A stretch of DNA of 64,000 nucleotides from Eledone cirrhosa (lineage: Eukaryota): contig OZ024742.1 of NCBI GenBank assembly GCA_964016885.1, forward strand, positions 81,716,001 through 81,780,000. The letters run 5' to 3'. Of the stretch, positions 1 to 13,009 are shown piece by piece (positions within the stretch are counted from its first letter, which is position 1; each line of letters begins with the position of its first letter). Position numbers and translations under genes: made by a program. Below the pieces are notes generated by a model that saw only the letters and a program-made list of their open reading frames with translations, was not told the origin of the DNA and searched no databases.

Positions 1-1980
1 ATGTGGGGCTGTTATACAGGAGAGGTTTGTGCAAGTTATGTTTACAAGCCGAAATTGCCTCTGATTTGTGTTTAAGATGTGGTCTTTGCCGTAGAGGTCA
101 CACGGTCTTTTATTTCCGTTATACGATCTAGCCCTAACTAGGATCGCCCAGTGTAAATTTTATTGGGTGTGGTTGTCTTTTAGACGTCATATATAAGCTG
201 AAAGTGACGTCATATTCCTTCTTAAAGGGCTAAAAAAAGAATGGCTATGCATGTAAAGATGTCGCTTGAATCTATTGGCGGTTAAATCTATGTAGGACCT
301 ACGGGACGTGGATGTTTCAACCTTACATTTGTAGACAATGTTACTAAAGAGGCATTTCCCGGATAGGGAGCAGTCAACCCGATTCCTACAATTAGTTAAT
401 ACTAGGTACAGGGTTGCACGTGTTTCTACGGCTAGGTAATTTAGCTAAATTTTAAGCTGTGATGTTAGCGCAAGTTTAGGTGTCGAAGAGTAAGAGATTT
501 TAATGGTATTTCTATTAAAAATGTTATGATATTTATGTGCTGGTGGGAAATGCTTCATAACAAGCGAGAGAACGATCTTAGCTAATGGTGTGGCCACCTC
601 CATAATATGTGGTGGTTTATACCACATAATGCGTCGGGATCTATTTTTCCTAGGTCTATACTCATACTCAGTATATGCTACCTTATCGACAAATCCACTC
701 CGAGCAAGAGCTTCATTGTAATATGTGGAATGGTCGGTGAAAATATGCTCGTTTGTATATGGGAAAGCCTCAAGGAAACGTTTCTTACCAGGTTCTTGGT
801 TATGCTGGAATGATGGTTAGAATGCTTACTTATGTAATTAATGTATCATTCGGCTTTCTATACGGGTAGTGCAAGCCATTCGACATATTTAGGGAAACGT
901 CGAGGTAATTAACGATCGAGAGGTTGGCTCCAACCTGTATGGAGAGGTTGAGGCCTTTAAAGAAGGCTGTGAGTTCTTTCCTGAAACTGTCGCAAGAACA
1001 TGGGCCTCACTTTGTCGTGGTCAAAATACCGTCATCATGGTACAAACCACCGCCCACGTTGGGTTATTCTTTCTTGATAGAGAAAAGAAGGAAAAGGCCG
1101 ATAAGATCAGTAACCTCCGCAGAATCGCTAGCGCCCATACATCACGTCGAATGGGCTACTATTAGATTTGTTTAATCCAAATAGAGTCGTCGAAATTAAT
1201 CACCGAATTACGGGCATTGAGGATGACATCAACTTCGAAATCCACACTTCTAATTTCGGGTATAATTCTATCCAAAATCCTTTTATTAGTCTACCTAAAT
1301 CGGACTTCGTAAGGTTAATAAGCCGAAAAGAGAGGTTTTTCGGGAAATTGGATTTGTGATCCTTCAGGGTAAAGTGGGGCAAATAAGGGTCCAGAGGTTT
1401 AGTCCGGTCTAGGATGTTGAGATCAGAGGTGATCTTAAACCCAGCATTGTTGATTTTATTAATGACGCTCCGATTAGTTTTGCGGTAATCCTTAGTTACA
1501 GCATTATGTAGCAGTTGATGGTAAGTTCTGCGCTCCACTTGATTGCCAGTTTTGTCGGAATGGACGTGCATGGGATTAGAATCCTTAATAGAACGAATTC
1601 TATTCTTCTGGAATGAATTGCTCCTATTCCGAAATTTGATACTCCGTTTGAGTTCCAAGACATCATTTTCTAAGGATAGCAATGCTGTTTTCTGTTTCAG
1701 GAGTTTTAGGTATGTTTTCCTGCTTAGTACAGGTATGTTCTTTGTAGAAACATTCAGATGTTGTTTCTGCATGATGAAATTATAAGTCAATAGATTGCTC
1801 AACTGAGGGAGCCAAATAGTAATAATAATAAATTTGAAGACTAAAATCCAAAGAGGGCTCGATAAGTATGCATATATATCAAATATATAATAACCGTAGA
1901 GCAAATATTTATTAAAATAAAAATTAAAGTTTAATCAAAGAATCGCTGATTTAACCCTTAACAGGATCTTCTGAAACAAT
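1..1980 (-). mobile_element. Decayed Penelope-like element (RT + C-terminal GIY-YIG), Naiad-like
   Basis: Minus-strand translation gives RT motifs MGASDSAEVTDLIGLF and GLYHDDG (~1030-1140), HFPPAHKYHNIFNRNTIKISYS (ORF 445-627) and GIY-YIG NCR..C.L.GKCL..NIVYKCKV...YI (~290-395). Many stops and frameshifts. Homologous to 43380-45600. Confidence 0.85.
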
Positions 1981-2077
1981 AAAAAATCAATTTGTGAACA
2001 CAGAAGTGAATATTTTGAAAAACGTTGCAACCGAAGGAAGACAGGAAGACGATACTTTGGTTCGTGGAAAAGTTCCC

Positions 2078-2336
2078 TGGCAAAAACGGAAAAAAAAACG
2101 AAGAAAATACGTCATTATTTGTAGCGGTGAAAACAATTACCCCAAAGACAAAACCACGTTTATGGTATAAATGAGGTCATAGACTAATATTCTATTAGGT
2201 GGTTCGAGGAGACATTCTGTGGCAATTAACGGAAAAAACGAAGAAAATACGTCATTATGTGGATCGGTGAGAACAATTACACGCAAAGAAAAAAACACGT
2301 TTATGTTCTAACTGAAATCGTAGACTAAAATTCTAT
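2078..2336. repeat. Diverged tandem duplication, ~143-bp period
   Basis: ggaaaaaa(aa)cgaagaaaatacgtcattat...acaattac...cacgtttat...tagactaa..ttcta occurs at ~2088 and ~2231. Confidence 0.8.
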
Positions 2337-2514
2337 ATGATTTTCAAATGATTTTCGGCTTTAGAGCTAAGAATAATGTAAATAAATTACAGAGCTAATC
2401 GAAATTAAATAAATACATAATTACATGCACGGTTCTTCTATATTTATTTAGGTTTGTTGGTTCACCACTGAATAGAACTGGTCATTTCGTATGGTCAACC
2501 TAGATGTAATATTT

Positions 2515-2950
<436 letters not shown>

Positions 2951-5900
2951 ATTATATGAGACCATTACCTCTAATATAGTGTGTATATGAAATACACAAT
3001 GAACTTGAAAGCTGAACGCATAGCTCCATCTAGTGTGTTCCAACAGAAGCTAAGTACGGTCAAGTCATGATAATGATGTCATCTTCTGTTTACGTCGGTC
3101 GTTATCACACTAGTGTTGCTGACCGCTTACTGCTGGAACATAATATAAGCTAAATCATATAGTTTATATATGATGATACGCCAATTCTGCCAATCCATCA
3201 CCTTTAGCTGAGTAAACATGAATTCAACTAATTGATTTAAGCATTGTAAAATGAATTGAATATATTAATTTAGTCGTATGTGATGGTATAGTGTATGATT
3301 TTTTTAAATTCTTAAATATAAGCGATGACCTCTGCCATAACAAAAGGAAAAACATCCGAAATGTAAAATGCCTTCCTCGCTGCTTGAAATACAAAAGTAT
3401 TGAATATGAACATGCCATACGATTGAAATATTTATATATTGCCTACGAATTATTGCTGGGAATATTTTAGACTTATATAAATTTATCGATATCATATAGC
3501 TCATTTATCATTATCTGTAGGACATATATCATGCAATCGATTTTCCTGTGCCCAATTTGTAGTTTGCTATATATTGCCATATTACGAACACTTCTCTTCA
3601 TATTAGATAGCCTTAACACAGAAAGTCATACTTCTAATCCACTTTCTATTGTTTAGTTTGAAATATGACAGTTCGTTCGGACGAATGCACATCAAATGAT
3701 ACGATATTGAAATTTCAGCTAATAATGGTAAGAAAATTGTCATAAATCCTAAACTGATTAGATTTCTTGAAAATTCATCACTATCGGTAACGTTTTATTC
3801 TTAATTTTAATTCCAATGATGGACCTGTTCCTCTGTTGCAACATGCAGTTTTCATATTCACAACACTTTTTAATATCGCAGAATTTCCTTCCGTTATTCA
3901 GATCAAATCGTATATATGGAAATAAAGTGGTGTAGATGTCATTATTTTACATTCTAAATATAAGTCTTTTCTAACTGCAATCAAATTTGGATTCAGTTCT
4001 GAGATCCCAGAATATTATTATATTTTAAATTATATGGAGCGTATGTATCATTTTGAAACAATAAAACTAGGAAATATGTCATAGAAATCTATCAAAATAA
4101 TCCCTCTAGATTATGGTTTGTTCCTCATCAAATTAATGAAACTTTGCAAACATTTGTACGTTACATTTTCAGTATATGGTATACATTTGTACTTATATCA
4201 CTGACACCCGCTTGAATGCCAGAGGAAGGAATAGCATTTAACTTCAACTTCCCTATTTGATTATGGATGACAATTGGAATATAACACATTTTAAGAAACT
4301 AAATAAAGTTATTATGAAATTATATATGAAATGAAGTGATTTTACTGGGCTAGCAAAGGCAATAGAAACAAACATGAATGAATTGAGAATATGACTATCC
4401 GGTACATTGTGTGATTCATCATTTGTTTAAATACATATTATGAATGTATGTATGGAGGCATAAGGGTACTATAGTGCCATACAAAATGCCTAGTGTTTGC
4501 CTTCAGATCTATAAGTTCTTAGCCTGGTTATTGAAATTTACAATCAATCATTCTTGAATCGACAACATATATCAATTACCATGTATTTGGTGATCGATAA
4601 TACCATCTCCATAAAAACGTTGCTTTACACGGGTGCTATGATTCCTTAAGTGTGTCTGTTTGTAGATGAAAGCATTCAATATACATATTTATTCTTTTGA
4701 AAAAAGAAAAGTCACTGCTTTTGAAAGGGCATGCTGGTGGAAAATATGACCTTGCCGGTCAGCAAAGTTCATGACGAATGTTATTCATAGTTGAACAATT
4801 CCATTACCAAATATGTGATTGCCAGTAAGGACTTTATTATAGCCATCTGCAAATACAATAAATGCATCGGTATGGCTAAAGATACGAAAAATATTTTGAT
4901 AATAATTCCAGGGGAGGAAATCATGATTCACGTTTGTATTTTGCATATAGATCTACTAATCTAACGGTTCAAGTCTGGAAGTATTACCGTAATTATACAT
5001 ATGAAAACAAGCCAACATTCGAGTTCATTTGTTTTCAAATCTGAAAATAATTTAACGTAACCAAATAACATTATTGTAAGAAACGATCACAGAGTAAATC
5101 AGCTCTTTTAAATATATCATTTTGAAATTTGAATTTGTTTACTTGGTTTGAAAGTTTATATATGTACGGTTCCCAAAAAATGTATGCGATTTTCCAATTA
5201 ATAATTCTTCGAGCAGAAACAGAAAAAAAGGGTAATGAATAAAACAAACTCAAAAATGTAAGTTTGATTCTAATTATATTTCGTATAGCTACATCAAAAT
5301 ATTGGAAATTATTTCGAAATAAATACAAGAAATATTTTAGCTATTTCATTTAAATCCTTCATTTATGTTTTCAGGCAATAACGTTTGAAAAATGTTAAAA
5401 TATTTGTATACAAAAATCTGAAATATTGCAAAATTCTAACATAATCTTTTGAAGTATTTCGTAATTTTACTTAATTAAATTATTTAGAAGTATATCGTAG
5501 AGTTATATCTTACAGGTGGAAGCAACACGAATATATTAATTGAAGATTTTACTAAATGTTTCTTATTTATATTTGTCAGAAAAAATGTTCGTTAATTTCG
5601 ATTGATATATTTAGAAATGCCTTAACTGGTTCAACAAAGTAAGCAACTAAAGCCACAGCACTAATGGAATTCATGCACACACTTTTCGTACATAAGCAAA
5701 CATATACACAGGCTACACACACACGCACACATACTCACACACATACACATGCACATATACACACACTCATACACATGCACACACATACAAACATACACAG
5801 ACGGATGCACGCAACAATACATTAAGATGTCCGTGCAAATATATATATGGAACTATATCGACTGATCCCTAGTCAATTATTCTGAAGATTTTCTTGTATG

Positions 5901-6456
5901 TACATGGGGATCTAGAGGATGAAACGTCGGTAACATGGCGATAACACTCAGTATAAGAGCATAATGAATATACTAAAGAAAGCACAATGTATTATGAACG
6001 ATTGAGAGGAAACACACAGCAAACACACTCAGTCCCACCGAGTAATCGAGCAGTCAAGATGGGGAAATGTTAAAAACAGGAACTACAATTACAGAATTAA
6101 ATAAAATATTTAAGGGAACCGAAACATCGGTCTTTGGCTGCTGTAGAAATTGTCAGTACAAATCGCATCACAAATGTGAGATATAGCATCCGATCTATTG
6201 TCATTTTCTAGATCTAACTCTGTGGGTCTAGCCGCGATTGAAAGCCAACAGTGTCAAAATTATGCTTAATTATGACATAGGATGCCGACCGCTCTCGTGA
6301 CATATCAATAGACCCGACAGTAAACATGTAACATTAATCGGATGTGACATCTGTGGTGCTCGCTTACACGTAAGGCAAGACCCTAGGAAACAGGGATGCG
6401 AAGATAGTCACTGTCTGACTGAGCACTTATCTGCCATTTAGAACCCATTATTTTGT

Positions 6457-6560
6457 CGCCGAGGTTAACTTTGCCTTTCATCCTTACGGGGTCGATAAAA
6501 TAAAGTACCAGTAATGTACTTGGTAATTGCTGGCCTTGTGCCTAAAGTAGAAACAATTAT
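6457..6560 (+). mobile_element. SINE fragment (cephalopod-type, CORE/Meta-like central domain)
   Basis: gcctttcatccttacggggtcgataaaataaagtaccag motif and 3-prime tail gctggccttgtgcctaaagtagaaacaattat. Same family at 9558-9680 (-) and 12908-12988 (+). Confidence 0.8.
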
Positions 6561-7104
6561 TTTGTAATACCTTGCAATTTTCAAGCACAGTTTGACACGT
6601 CTTACCTACTAATTCGCCAACTTATCTCCGAGTATATTCATCGACGATGATAATGTCATTTCATCATCTAAATTATTCGAACGAGAAAACGTCTTCCCCC
6701 TTGCACTCGGGAGCAAGCGTAAGATCTCAGCACCATTGAAATTGTGACAGAATAATACAACATACAACAGCCAACGATAGAAATATGGAAAGCTCGTAAG
6801 GGTACTATAACATGAATATTATAATTGTATGCCATAGCCAGAGACTATCTAACAGTTACACGCCTTAGACACCCATGGCTTTTACTTGGTATCCGCACCA
6901 ATCATTAAGCTAAACCTCACAATTGCAAGCAAATCATTTGTATGGATGTATATGAACGAGAACGTGGCCCAACTATATCATAAAATCGAAAGAATATGTA
7001 TATCTAAATACGCATTGATGCAATCTAGGTTCCCCACTCTGCATGAATACAGATATACAGTCTTGTATACTTCGGTGCCTAGCGTGGTTCTCTGTAGAGG
7101 TATA

Positions 7105-7159
<55 letters not shown>

Positions 7160-7161
<2 letters not shown>

Positions 7162-7859
7162 TATTAGGATTGGTGCTCTGAAATAGCGTTGTATACATGA
7201 ATGTATGTATAGTATATTTGGCAATATAACGTATGTTTAATTAAAAACATTTTGAAAAACTTGTGCTATCATTTTTAAAGTGGACTATGTCACTTACTAC
7301 CTTTTCTCGGCAAAAGAAGGGAGAGAAGCTGACAGAGTCTGTTTCACACTGATTGTGATCATCAGAGGAACGTACTCTGCCGAAAATCATAGAAGCTGGA
7401 TTATTATAGAATTCCAGTAATAATCAAGACCTGATTATACAGAGCGATTGTCCGTCCAGCAAAAATTAGGTATTAGGATTGGTATTCTGAAATAGCTATA
7501 TATACATGAATGTATGAATAGTATATTTGACAATATACCGTATGATTAATTAAAACAATTTGAAGACCTTGCGCTATCACTTTTAAAGTAGTGACTATGT
7601 CACTTACTTCTTTTTTTTTCGGCAAAAGAAGACAGATCAGCTGGCAGAATCTGTTTCACACTGTTGGTGATTATCAGAGCAGTATCCTCTGCCGAAAATC
7701 ATAGAAGCTGGATTCTTATAGAATTTCAGTAATAATCCCTTATTTTGCCGAAAAAAAAGAAGACAGTGATATAGTCACTACTTTAAAAATGATAGCGCAA
7801 GTTCTTCAAAATGTTTTTAATTAAACATACTGTATATTGTCAAATATACTATACATACA

Positions 7860-7866
<7 letters not shown>
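7160..7866 (-). repeat. ~310-bp hammerhead-bearing tandem repeat (two copies) plus inverted partial copy, flanked by (TA)n
   Basis: Units at ~7160-7469 and ~7470-7735, inverted partial copy at ~7743-7866. A further family member lies at ~60664-60855. Confidence 0.85.
7305..7385 (-). ncRNA. Type I hammerhead ribozyme (310-bp family), intact core
   Basis: Minus strand: CTGATGA-TCAC-aatca-GTGT-GAAAC-AGACTCT-GTC^ag. Distal stem I tttcggcagag/ttttgccgaga. The sister copy at 7640-7680 has CTGATAA and GCC (decayed). Confidence 0.7.
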
Positions 7867-7900
<34 letters not shown>

Positions 7901-8129
7901 GGGTGTGTATGTGTATGCTGTGTATGTGTGTGTGTGCGTGTGTGAAAGTGTGGGCTAGTGTATGTAATCATTATTGATTTATATTTAAAGCGTTTAACCC
8001 ATGCGGTAATGAAACAGCTAAGGAGGTAAATACCGCAACCTGCACCAAAGGAAGCATAGGTTTTAGAGATATCCTTTTAGGTATTTGAACTGATGTTGCC
8101 AGTATTATATTTTAAACAATGAGAGTGGG

Positions 8130-8706
8130 GCTGTGATAAGTTTGATGCCTGTTTGGAACGTACCACCCGATTGGAATGAAAATAAGTGCTGTGAAAACTG
8201 AGACATTCGTACTCTCAAGGCAGCCTGAGCTTTGTACTGTACATGTAAATGGAATTCCACCGAAGCATGTAGCAAAGTTCAAGTATCTTGGGGCGGTGTT
8301 TGCGAGTGAAACAAGTGCAAGAATAGAAGGAGCTGTTGCAGAATCGCTCCAGCTTCAGCATTCAGTAAAAAGAATAAGGGAGGTAAGCGTAAACGACATA
8401 CAAGCGACCGAAATGGGATTCCTCCAAACGGTCTTTAGAATAATGTGCGTATCTCGGAGATCTGCGAAATCAAAGATCACAGAGTCGATAATACGGGCAT
8501 GTGGGTAGAATGTCTCAGGAAATGATTACGAGCGAGATGGTAGGTTAAAATCTACGAGCCTGACTAGTGACTCTTGGGGATTATGCCGGGTCAGCTGGAT
8601 GCAGTTGCATCTGACAAGACCCGCTGGAAGAAGTCTTTCAGGATTGTCACCACGATCCTCACAAGAAGAAGAAGAAGAAGAAGAAGAAGAAGAAGAAGAA
8701 GAAGAA
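8130..8706 (+). mobile_element. RTE-clade LINE 3-prime fragment ending in a (GAA)n tail
   Basis: GMKISAVKTE...V..FKYLG..F and IQATEMGFL-type RT C-terminal motifs (ORF 8176-8508). (GAA)n at ~8665-8706. Confidence 0.7.
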
Positions 8707-9400
8707 CTTCACTAGAAAGCCGTGTTCACTAAAGTAGCTGATGTTTATACATACCATGATGAGAGTGATGAGAGCTGATAGAGAGCCAAATATAACGAGT
8801 GTGTCTGTCAAAGAAAATACTAAGAAAACGTTTGGGAGATTAATGGCACGTATGATGATGCTTCTGCTGCTGATAATGATGATGATGATGATGATGAAGA
8901 TGTCGATGTTGGTGGAGATATTGATGTTTCTGATGATGATAATGATGATTAATAAGAAAAATGATAAACAAAATGTATAAATACGAAATGTCAGAGACAA
9001 TGAATAATGTTGGAAAGGAGTGTGGTGTTGTCTAGAAAACAGTCTACTAGTACGTATAATATGTTTACAATCTGGTGATGGCAATGGTACTAGATACAGG
9101 GGTGTGGTAAAAATGGCAAAGATAATAATGTGAGTGTATATCAATTAATGAGGTGCATCAAAAGAAGATATTTTTCAACTGGTAGCAGATTAAACTTAGA
9201 CAAGAAAACGCGGGATTTAATTATATATCTGAAAATTCCCCTTCCCGCAGTTTTTAACGAATATACAAATCAGAGACATTCACTCACTGGATGTGTCTCG
9301 TAATGTAGGGTAATGTAAGGATATATATATATATATATGTATGTGGGGGGGGGATTGTGTGTGGGTGTGGGTGTGTGTGGGTGTGGGTGGGTGTGGGTGT

Positions 9401-9470
<70 letters not shown>

Positions 9471-9557
9471 GTGTATATATATATAATCCGCGTTCGATTT
9501 GATACACTACTGACTTGCATATTGTGCAATTTGGATAGTTGAACCAATCGTATATAT

Positions 9558-9680
9558 TTTATAATTGTTTCTACTATTGGCACAAGGCCAGTAATTACCC
9601 AGTACATTACTGGTACTTTATTTTATCGACCCCGTAAGGATGAAAGGCAAAGTTAACCTCGGCGGGATTTGAACTCAATA
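9558..9680 (-). mobile_element. SINE fragment including a tRNA-type B box
   Basis: Reverse complement reads ttgagttcaaatcccgccgaggttaactttgcctttcatccttacggggtcgataaaataaagtaccag. Confidence 0.85.
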
Positions 9681-10157
9681 TATTTTATAATATCTATCGA
9701 TAAGGTCAATGTTCGTAGTAAACTGTTTGTATTTTCGTTGTCGTAGTGGCTTTTGTGGTATTATTTACATAGTATCATTTTTCAGTTTGCCACACATTTA
9801 AAAAACTTTCATTACTCTGAGATTTAACTTATCGATTTATAATCTTATTGGTTACTCAAGCAAGCTTCTGAGGATTGTTCTTTCAGGAGATGCTAGCCGG
9901 AGCTCGCGTACCCTGTATTTGTTTAATTTTCCTAGCGGCATATCTTGTCTCTACATGTTTTGCTATGTCCCAATATGCTCTGGAATGAAGGATATCGACC
10001 TTAAAGCAACGATGCCGTAGTGATATCCAGAGATGGGACATTCCGTCTTCCCGTTGTTTTTCCTCTTTTTTTTGTCCTGTGCGCCCCTATTTCGAATATA
10101 TATATATATATATTGTTATACTTTGGGAGGGTCATGTTGCCAACAAATTCAGAAACG

Positions 10158-10199
<42 letters not shown>

Positions 10200-10357
10200 C
10201 AAATTTATACGGGAACAAAACAGAGAGGCAGACAAATAAAAGTTTATTAGGTTCACGCTTTTGAGAGTGGGGGGGAGGATGAGGAACGACGTTTCGGGCA
10301 TAAGATATATATATATATACAGAGAGAGAGAGAGAGAGAAAGAGAGATAGAGAGATG

Positions 10358-10407
10358 GCTTCTGCAGGATTAGAACTGTTTCATTCGAAGGAACTAATCA
10401 GGAACGC
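10358..10407 (-). ncRNA. Decayed hammerhead, same family as 50253-50303
   Basis: gttc-CTGATTA-GTTC-cttc-GAAT-GAAACAG-ttctaatc-CTGCA-gaag. Flank 10410-10515 matches the reverse complement of ~50150-50250. G8 and the cleavage triplet are mutated. Confidence 0.55.
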
Positions 10408-10669
10408 GGACTGTCAATGTGATATGGCTGGATGTATACATATTCTGGTGGTAGGGGACGGTGGTCCATTGGGATGGGTTGAAGTCATTTGTTGATGGCT
10501 TTAAAGAATGGGGATTCTTTGAAAAAACAATATTTAGATAAAAATACAAACACACACTCAGACACACACACACACACATGTCCCCCCCCCCCATATATAT
10601 ATATATATATATATATATAGTGTAAGAGTGAAAAATAACATGGTCGGCTGTACAAAATGGTTTTATTTA

Positions 10670-10784
10670 CAGTATTAACAATTGTTTCATTAATCAGGTG
10701 AGTCTAAAGGCCGCTGATCGCCAGAAATTGCGTCACTCGACCTTAATTACAGTGTGAGTCTCTGATCAAATCATCGGAATACTG
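10670..10784 (-). ncRNA. Type I hammerhead-like fold with long stem II insertion
   Basis: Minus strand: cagtatt-CCGATGA-TTTGATCAG...CTGATTAAT-GAAAC-AATT-GTT^aatactg. 7-bp perfect stem I, palindromic stem III ACAATTGT, U4>C change. Confidence 0.6.
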
Positions 10785-10989
10785 AAGGGTGTAACACAGG
10801 GCATTGGTATTTATAGATACATTGGAGAATAAAGTAAATGATGTATCTATAAAAATCAATGCCCTGTGTTGCCCCCTGCAGTATTCCGATGTGGTTGTGC
10901 GAGGCTTAATTCGGTTGCTAGTTGGAGTGGTGGTGGTGGAGGTAACTTCATTCCGGATGTGTTTGTGTTTGGGGAATCCTGTTTCCTGG

Positions 10990-11600
10990 CGTTAGTGTTA
11001 CTGTCTGCCAGAGAGAGTTCTCTGAACGTTTGTGTGTGAATATTTGTTTGAGCTATTTGGTGTGTGTGTGTTACCACATCTCATTCGCTGGCAGGAGAGG
11101 ATGATCATGTGTGTGATAATTTTGTGGGTGCAAATTTTTTCGAGGTTGTTTGTGTGTGTGTGTTTCGAGTTGATGGAGAGAGAGAGAGATAGATAGACAG
11201 AGAGAGAGAGAGGGGGAGGGGGAAGATATAGAGAGGGAGAGAGATAGAGATAGATAGTTAGATATATAGAGATAGAGAGAGATAGATAGATATGGAAGTT
11301 GGGTCTGTGGTTCCCTGCCTCGTATTGAGTGTAGGAAACTTTTACGTGAGCCGTCTGTACACACAAATGGCAATGAGGCCTCTTTCCTTCAACACTATAA
11401 TGAAATTCCCGCCCAACCAGAAAGAGAATAAGGTTCTGTGATCTTTTCGATCTTTCCTGGTTTTATGTGGAGAAATATTTTCACAGTTTACCTTCGTTGT
11501 TCTCTTCGCCACAAGAAGGTTGTTGCCTTTCTTGAAGGAATGGCTGAACAGGCTCCACTAGATATGCATTCGTCGTTGGATTTCTGCAATTCTTAATTTT
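10990..11600 (-). mobile_element. Tx1-like ORF1 fragment (zinc knuckle)
   Basis: Minus strand SVEGKRPHCHLCVQTAHVK matches SVEGRRPKCYLCGSKGHLR of the ORF1 at ~35270-35330. Confidence 0.6.
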
Positions 11601-11639
11601 GTGGTGTTTCTTCTCCTGCAACAATTTTAAAATGTAACA

Positions 11640-12900
11640 ACACATCAGGCAATATCGCCAACACCAGCACCAAAAACAGTGGGAACAAATATGACAACAG
11701 CAGCAACAGCGACATTACCAAAAACAGTAGAAAAACAAATCAGTCATGAAAGAAAACGACAATAGCACAAGCAACAACGACAGCAAAATCAACAACTGCA
11801 ATAATGATAACAACACCAACAACAGAAAAAACACAAAAAGAAAACTATATCACCGACAGTGACAACCACAACAACAGCAACAGCACCAACAACAACAATA
11901 CCAACATGACCGAAAACAACAACAACGGCGACTCTAAAGACAACAATGATAACAGCAACAGTTTATAACAGCAACAACACCAACAAAAACAAGGACAACA
12001 ACAACACCACCAACAGCAAGAAGAAGAACCCTCTCGGTGCGGCAGGAACTAAAAAGAGGCCATGTTTCATCATGGACCTCTCGAATGGAGATGAAAAGTT
12101 GGCCCAAGCCTGAAAGCTCATCAAGCAAGAGCAAACCTGGGCCTACTTAACTTTCTCGGTAGAAGCTATTGAAGCAGTGGAGCGCAGAACGGTGCATTGC
12201 AGATGCATCTCAGTGGAAACCAAGAGGGCAGATTTAATTCCACAAGCAGATGTCGAAGTCGCGCTGAGGTGCATCAAGGAATTACAGCGAATACATAGCG
12301 AGGGGCAGACAATACGGCACCATTTCGGTGCTGTTTAAGTCAGAAGCCCTCGCTATGAAACATGCTATGACAACTTGCAAAACTAGCAAGGTCATAGTGT
12401 ACCCCTCCTACATGGGAAAAAGAACGACCCGTCTCCGCATTCCCAGAATCCCACAAGGACTTGACATGTGGTGGCTTCTGACATGTGTGATTATGGAGGG
12501 GAGGGATACCGTCCCGATAAAAGTAACAAGAACTGCCAGAGAGGACTTGTCCGTTTGCTGGTACAAAGGTGGGTGAATGTGGCGAGAATGGCCGGTGTGA
12601 GTGGGCCTACTCCGATCATGCGCTTGTAGGTGGGTAAAGTTGAGGAGGAGAGGGGTGACCTCCCGGGTGCTCTCGAAGAGTCGGGTCGTTCAGGTTTGGT
12701 AGGATACCTGAGTGAACGCTGGGAGACACCCCACCTCTCTTGGGGATTTTTCTTGTATTTTCTTGTTACTTTGATATCGTTATTTATATTCTTTACACGT
12801 TGTATATGTATATAGCACCCGTCCCACCACTGTCCCAGCCTTTTGCATTGTCGTCTATCTGTCGGCACGTGTGGTCAATAAATGAAAACATTATTCTTAT
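11640..12900 (+). mobile_element. Internally deleted Tx1-like element (ORF1 5-prime part fused to element 3-prime end)
   Basis: CAA-rich N-terminus, then RGRQYGTISVLF...VYPSYMGKRTTRLRI (ORF1 homology). It jumps at ~12550 to RWVNVARMA (ORF2 end) and a 3-prime UTR with AATAAA + attatt. Confidence 0.7.
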
Positions 12901-12907
12901 TTTACCC

Positions 12908-12988
12908 TTTTCATCCTTACGTGGTCGATAAAATAAAGTACCAGTAATGCACTGGATAGTTGCTGGCCTTGTACCTAAAGTAGAAACA
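12908..12988 (+). mobile_element. 5-prime-truncated SINE with 18-bp target-site duplication
   Basis: attattcttattttaccc at 12890-12907 and 12989-13006 flanks the SINE core. Confidence 0.8.
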
Positions 12989-13009
12989 ATTATTCTTATT
13001 TTACCCCAA

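Noticed and set aside
3658-3750. LKYDSSFGR...NGKKI peptide reminiscent of GAPDH
   Set aside because: Short, interrupted by a stop, and no other GAPDH motifs nearby. Probably chance.
3200-5600. Unique AT-rich stretch that might hold host exons (also 41000-42900)
   Set aside because: No sustained ORF, recognisable domain or convincing splice pair. It needs RNA-seq or homology evidence.
5875-5940. CTGAAGA...GAAAC-gtcg-GTA hammerhead-like motif
   Set aside because: Core words are present but stem I does not pair and stem II is poor. At best a decayed copy.
10284-10300. Minus-strand gcccGAAACGTC, typical of minimal Penelope hammerheads
   Set aside because: The CTGANGA half is absent, being interrupted by microsatellite.
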